From Clostridia bacterium (lineage in GTDB: Bacteria > Bacillota > Clostridia > Christensenellales > CAG-1252): a stretch of DNA of 64,000 nt. A program made the position numbers and the translations under genes. Numbering within the stretch: position 1 is the stretch's first letter; the number at the start of each line of letters is the position of its first letter. The notes under the pieces were generated by a model. That model ran no database searches and was not told where the DNA came from. It saw only the letters and a program-made list of their open reading frames with translations. The stretch spans positions 69,578-133,577 of the forward strand of contig JAFPXC010000020.1 in the NCBI GenBank assembly GCA_017394805.1, in the 5' to 3' direction. Of this stretch, positions 62,641 to 64,000 are shown one piece after another.

Positions 62641-64000
62641 TTATTTCTTGCCGCCCGCACGCATCGCGTTGAGAATGGCCAACACCGCCACGCCCACGTC
62701 CGCGCCCACGGCCAGCCACATCATCACGGCCGACTGCGCCACGGGGGTGAAACTCAACGCCATCACGCCCAATTTGACGCCCAACGCAAAGACGATATTT
62801 TCCACGACGATGCGTTTGGTTTTGAAAGATATGCGGCGTAGTTTGGGTATTTGTGTCAGGCTGTCGTACATCAACACCACGTCCGCGCTCTCGATGGCCG
62901 CGTCCGAGCCTACGCCGCCCATCGCCACGCCTACGGCGGCCGTGGCGATGACGGGTGCGTCGTTGATGCCGTCCCCGACGAAGGCAACGGTCTTGCCCTC
63001 TTTTTGCCATTCGACCACCTTGTTGACCTTGTCTTCGGGCAAGGTCTCGGCGTAATAGGCGTCCACGCCCACCTCTTGGGCCACTTCGGCCACGATGGAC
63101 GCGCTGTCGCCCGACAGCATAATGGTTTCGATTTGTTGCTCCTTGACGGTCTCGATGGCTTGGCGGCTATCCGCTTTGACGGTGTCTTTGATGGATATAC
63201 AGCCGACCAAAGCCCCGTTTTGGGCGACGTAGACCACCGTTCCGACCGACGTCGGGCACGCAGCCACATCCACGTCGTAGGCCGCCATCAACGAGGCGTT
63301 ACCGGCCAAAACGACGGCTTCTCCGTTGCGCGCCACCATACCTTTGCCCCGTATCTCCTCTATCGCGTACGCTTCGGCGTCAGACGCGTTTTCGGTCGCA
63401 TACGCGTCGCATATCGACTTGGCGATGGGGTGATTGCTATGCCGCTCGCAAAGGTAGGCGAGCGACAGCACCTCTCGACGCTTGTCCTCGGGCCATACGG
63501 ACGACACGGCGAACCGCCCTTCGGTCACGGTGCCCGTCTTGTCCATCACCAACATATCGACCTTGGTGACGGCGGCGAACACGTGGCCGCCCTTGATGAG
63601 AATGCCCATCCTGCCCGCTAAGCCGATGGCGCCGAAGTAGGTCAAAGGCACGCTGATGACCAAGGCGCACGGGCAACTGACCACCAAAAAGACCATCGCC
63701 TTTTTGAGCCAAAACGCCCAAGTGGGCCAATCGTTGTAGTGAATGCATAGCGGCACGACCACGCCGATGATCAACGCGATGCCGACCACGATGGGGGTAT
63801 AGAACTTGGCGAACGTGGTGATGAAGTTTTCAACGGGCGCTTTTTGCTCGCGCGCTTTCTCCACCAACGCTATCATTTTGGAAGCCGTCGATTCGCCGTA
63901 GGGCTTGGTGACTTCCACGCGCAGTACGCAGCCGATATTGACCGCGCCCGACATGACTTGGTCGCCCACCGCGACCGTGCGCGGCACGCTCTCGCCGTTC
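62641..64000 (-). CDS. Heavy-metal-translocating P1B-type ATPase (5' part beyond the window end)
   Basis: SCPCALVISVPL (CPC), DKTGTVT, GDGINDAP and VGVAMG motifs. The frame stays open to position 64000, so the Met shown in the ORF track is internal. Confidence 0.9.
   Translation of the reverse strand, partial: NGESVPRTVAVGDQVMSGAVNIGCVLRVEVTKPYGESTASKMIALVEKAREQKAPVENFITTFAKFYTPIVVGIALIIGVVVPLCIHYNDWPTWAFWLKKAMVFLVVSCPCALVISVPLTYFGAIGLAGRMGILIKGGHVFAAVTKVDMLVMDKTGTVTEGRFAVSSVWPEDKRREVLSLAYLCERHSNHPIAKSICDAYATENASDAEAYAIEEIRGKGMVARNGEAVVLAGNASLMAAYDVDVAACPTSVGTVVYVAQNGALVGCISIKDTVKADSRQAIETVKEQQIETIMLSGDSASIVAEVAQEVGVDAYYAETLPEDKVNKVVEWQKEGKTVAFVGDGINDAPVIATAAVGVAMGGVGSDAAIESADVVLMYDSLTQIPKLRRISFKTKRIVVENIVFALGVKLGVMALSFTPVAQSAVMMWLAVGADVGVAVLAILNAMRAGGKK

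Overview
This 64-kb chromosomal window looks like a moderately GC-rich Firmicutes/Clostridia-type bacterium. That lineage call is an inference from four features: CIRCE/HrcA control, dnaX-ybaB-recR, miaB-mutS-mutL-miaA, and lepA-hemW ... hrcA-grpE-dnaK-dnaJ-prmA-rsmE-mtaB synteny. About 55 protein genes are supportable, along with one tRNA-Ala(CGC) and one preQ1-I riboswitch in front of a YhhQ-type transporter. There are two CIRCE operators and several clean intrinsic terminators. Most of the window is housekeeping: replication and repair, chaperones, tRNA modification and glycolysis.

Four things stand out.

(1) A 17-bp palindrome, CTRTAC-N5-GTAYAG, occurs at least 31 times in two blocks inside a 1.5-kb ORF-free, AT-rich divergent intergenic region (24.95-26.23 kb).
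- Seven neighbouring site pairs sit exactly 21 bp apart.
- The two blocks flank a core that carries a perfect 21-bp hairpin.
- On one side is a 994-aa protein with a winged-helix-like N-terminus, an acidic tract of about 540 aa and a 4-TM C-terminus. On the other side are a 70-aa XRE regulator and a tyrosine recombinase.
- The same palindrome recurs in smaller clusters at 1.45-1.73 kb and 52.59-52.63 kb.
- I could not assign it to any operator, CRISPR, oriC or dif class that I know.

(2) A tightly packed six-gene minus-strand cluster (10.2-19.1 kb) reads lacZ, a DUF1538-like permease, two PII-like proteins, a 522-aa 2-TM unknown, and a PfkB-kinase::2-hydroxyacid-dehydrogenase fusion.

(3) At least six genes have a sigma-A-like -35/17 bp/-10 promoter whose -10 ends 6-8 nt before the ATG, with no Shine-Dalgarno sequence. 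This suggests frequent leaderless mRNAs.

(4) Smaller oddities:
- An inverted tRNA-Ala 3'-end-like fragment bracketed by a 14-bp direct repeat.
- An 8-Cys 64-aa protein translationally coupled to a YnbB-like PLP enzyme in the position where hfq often follows miaA.
- A GGDEF remnant.
- Two large orphan lipoproteins.

All functional calls come from motif and sequence recognition by eye. No database search was run.
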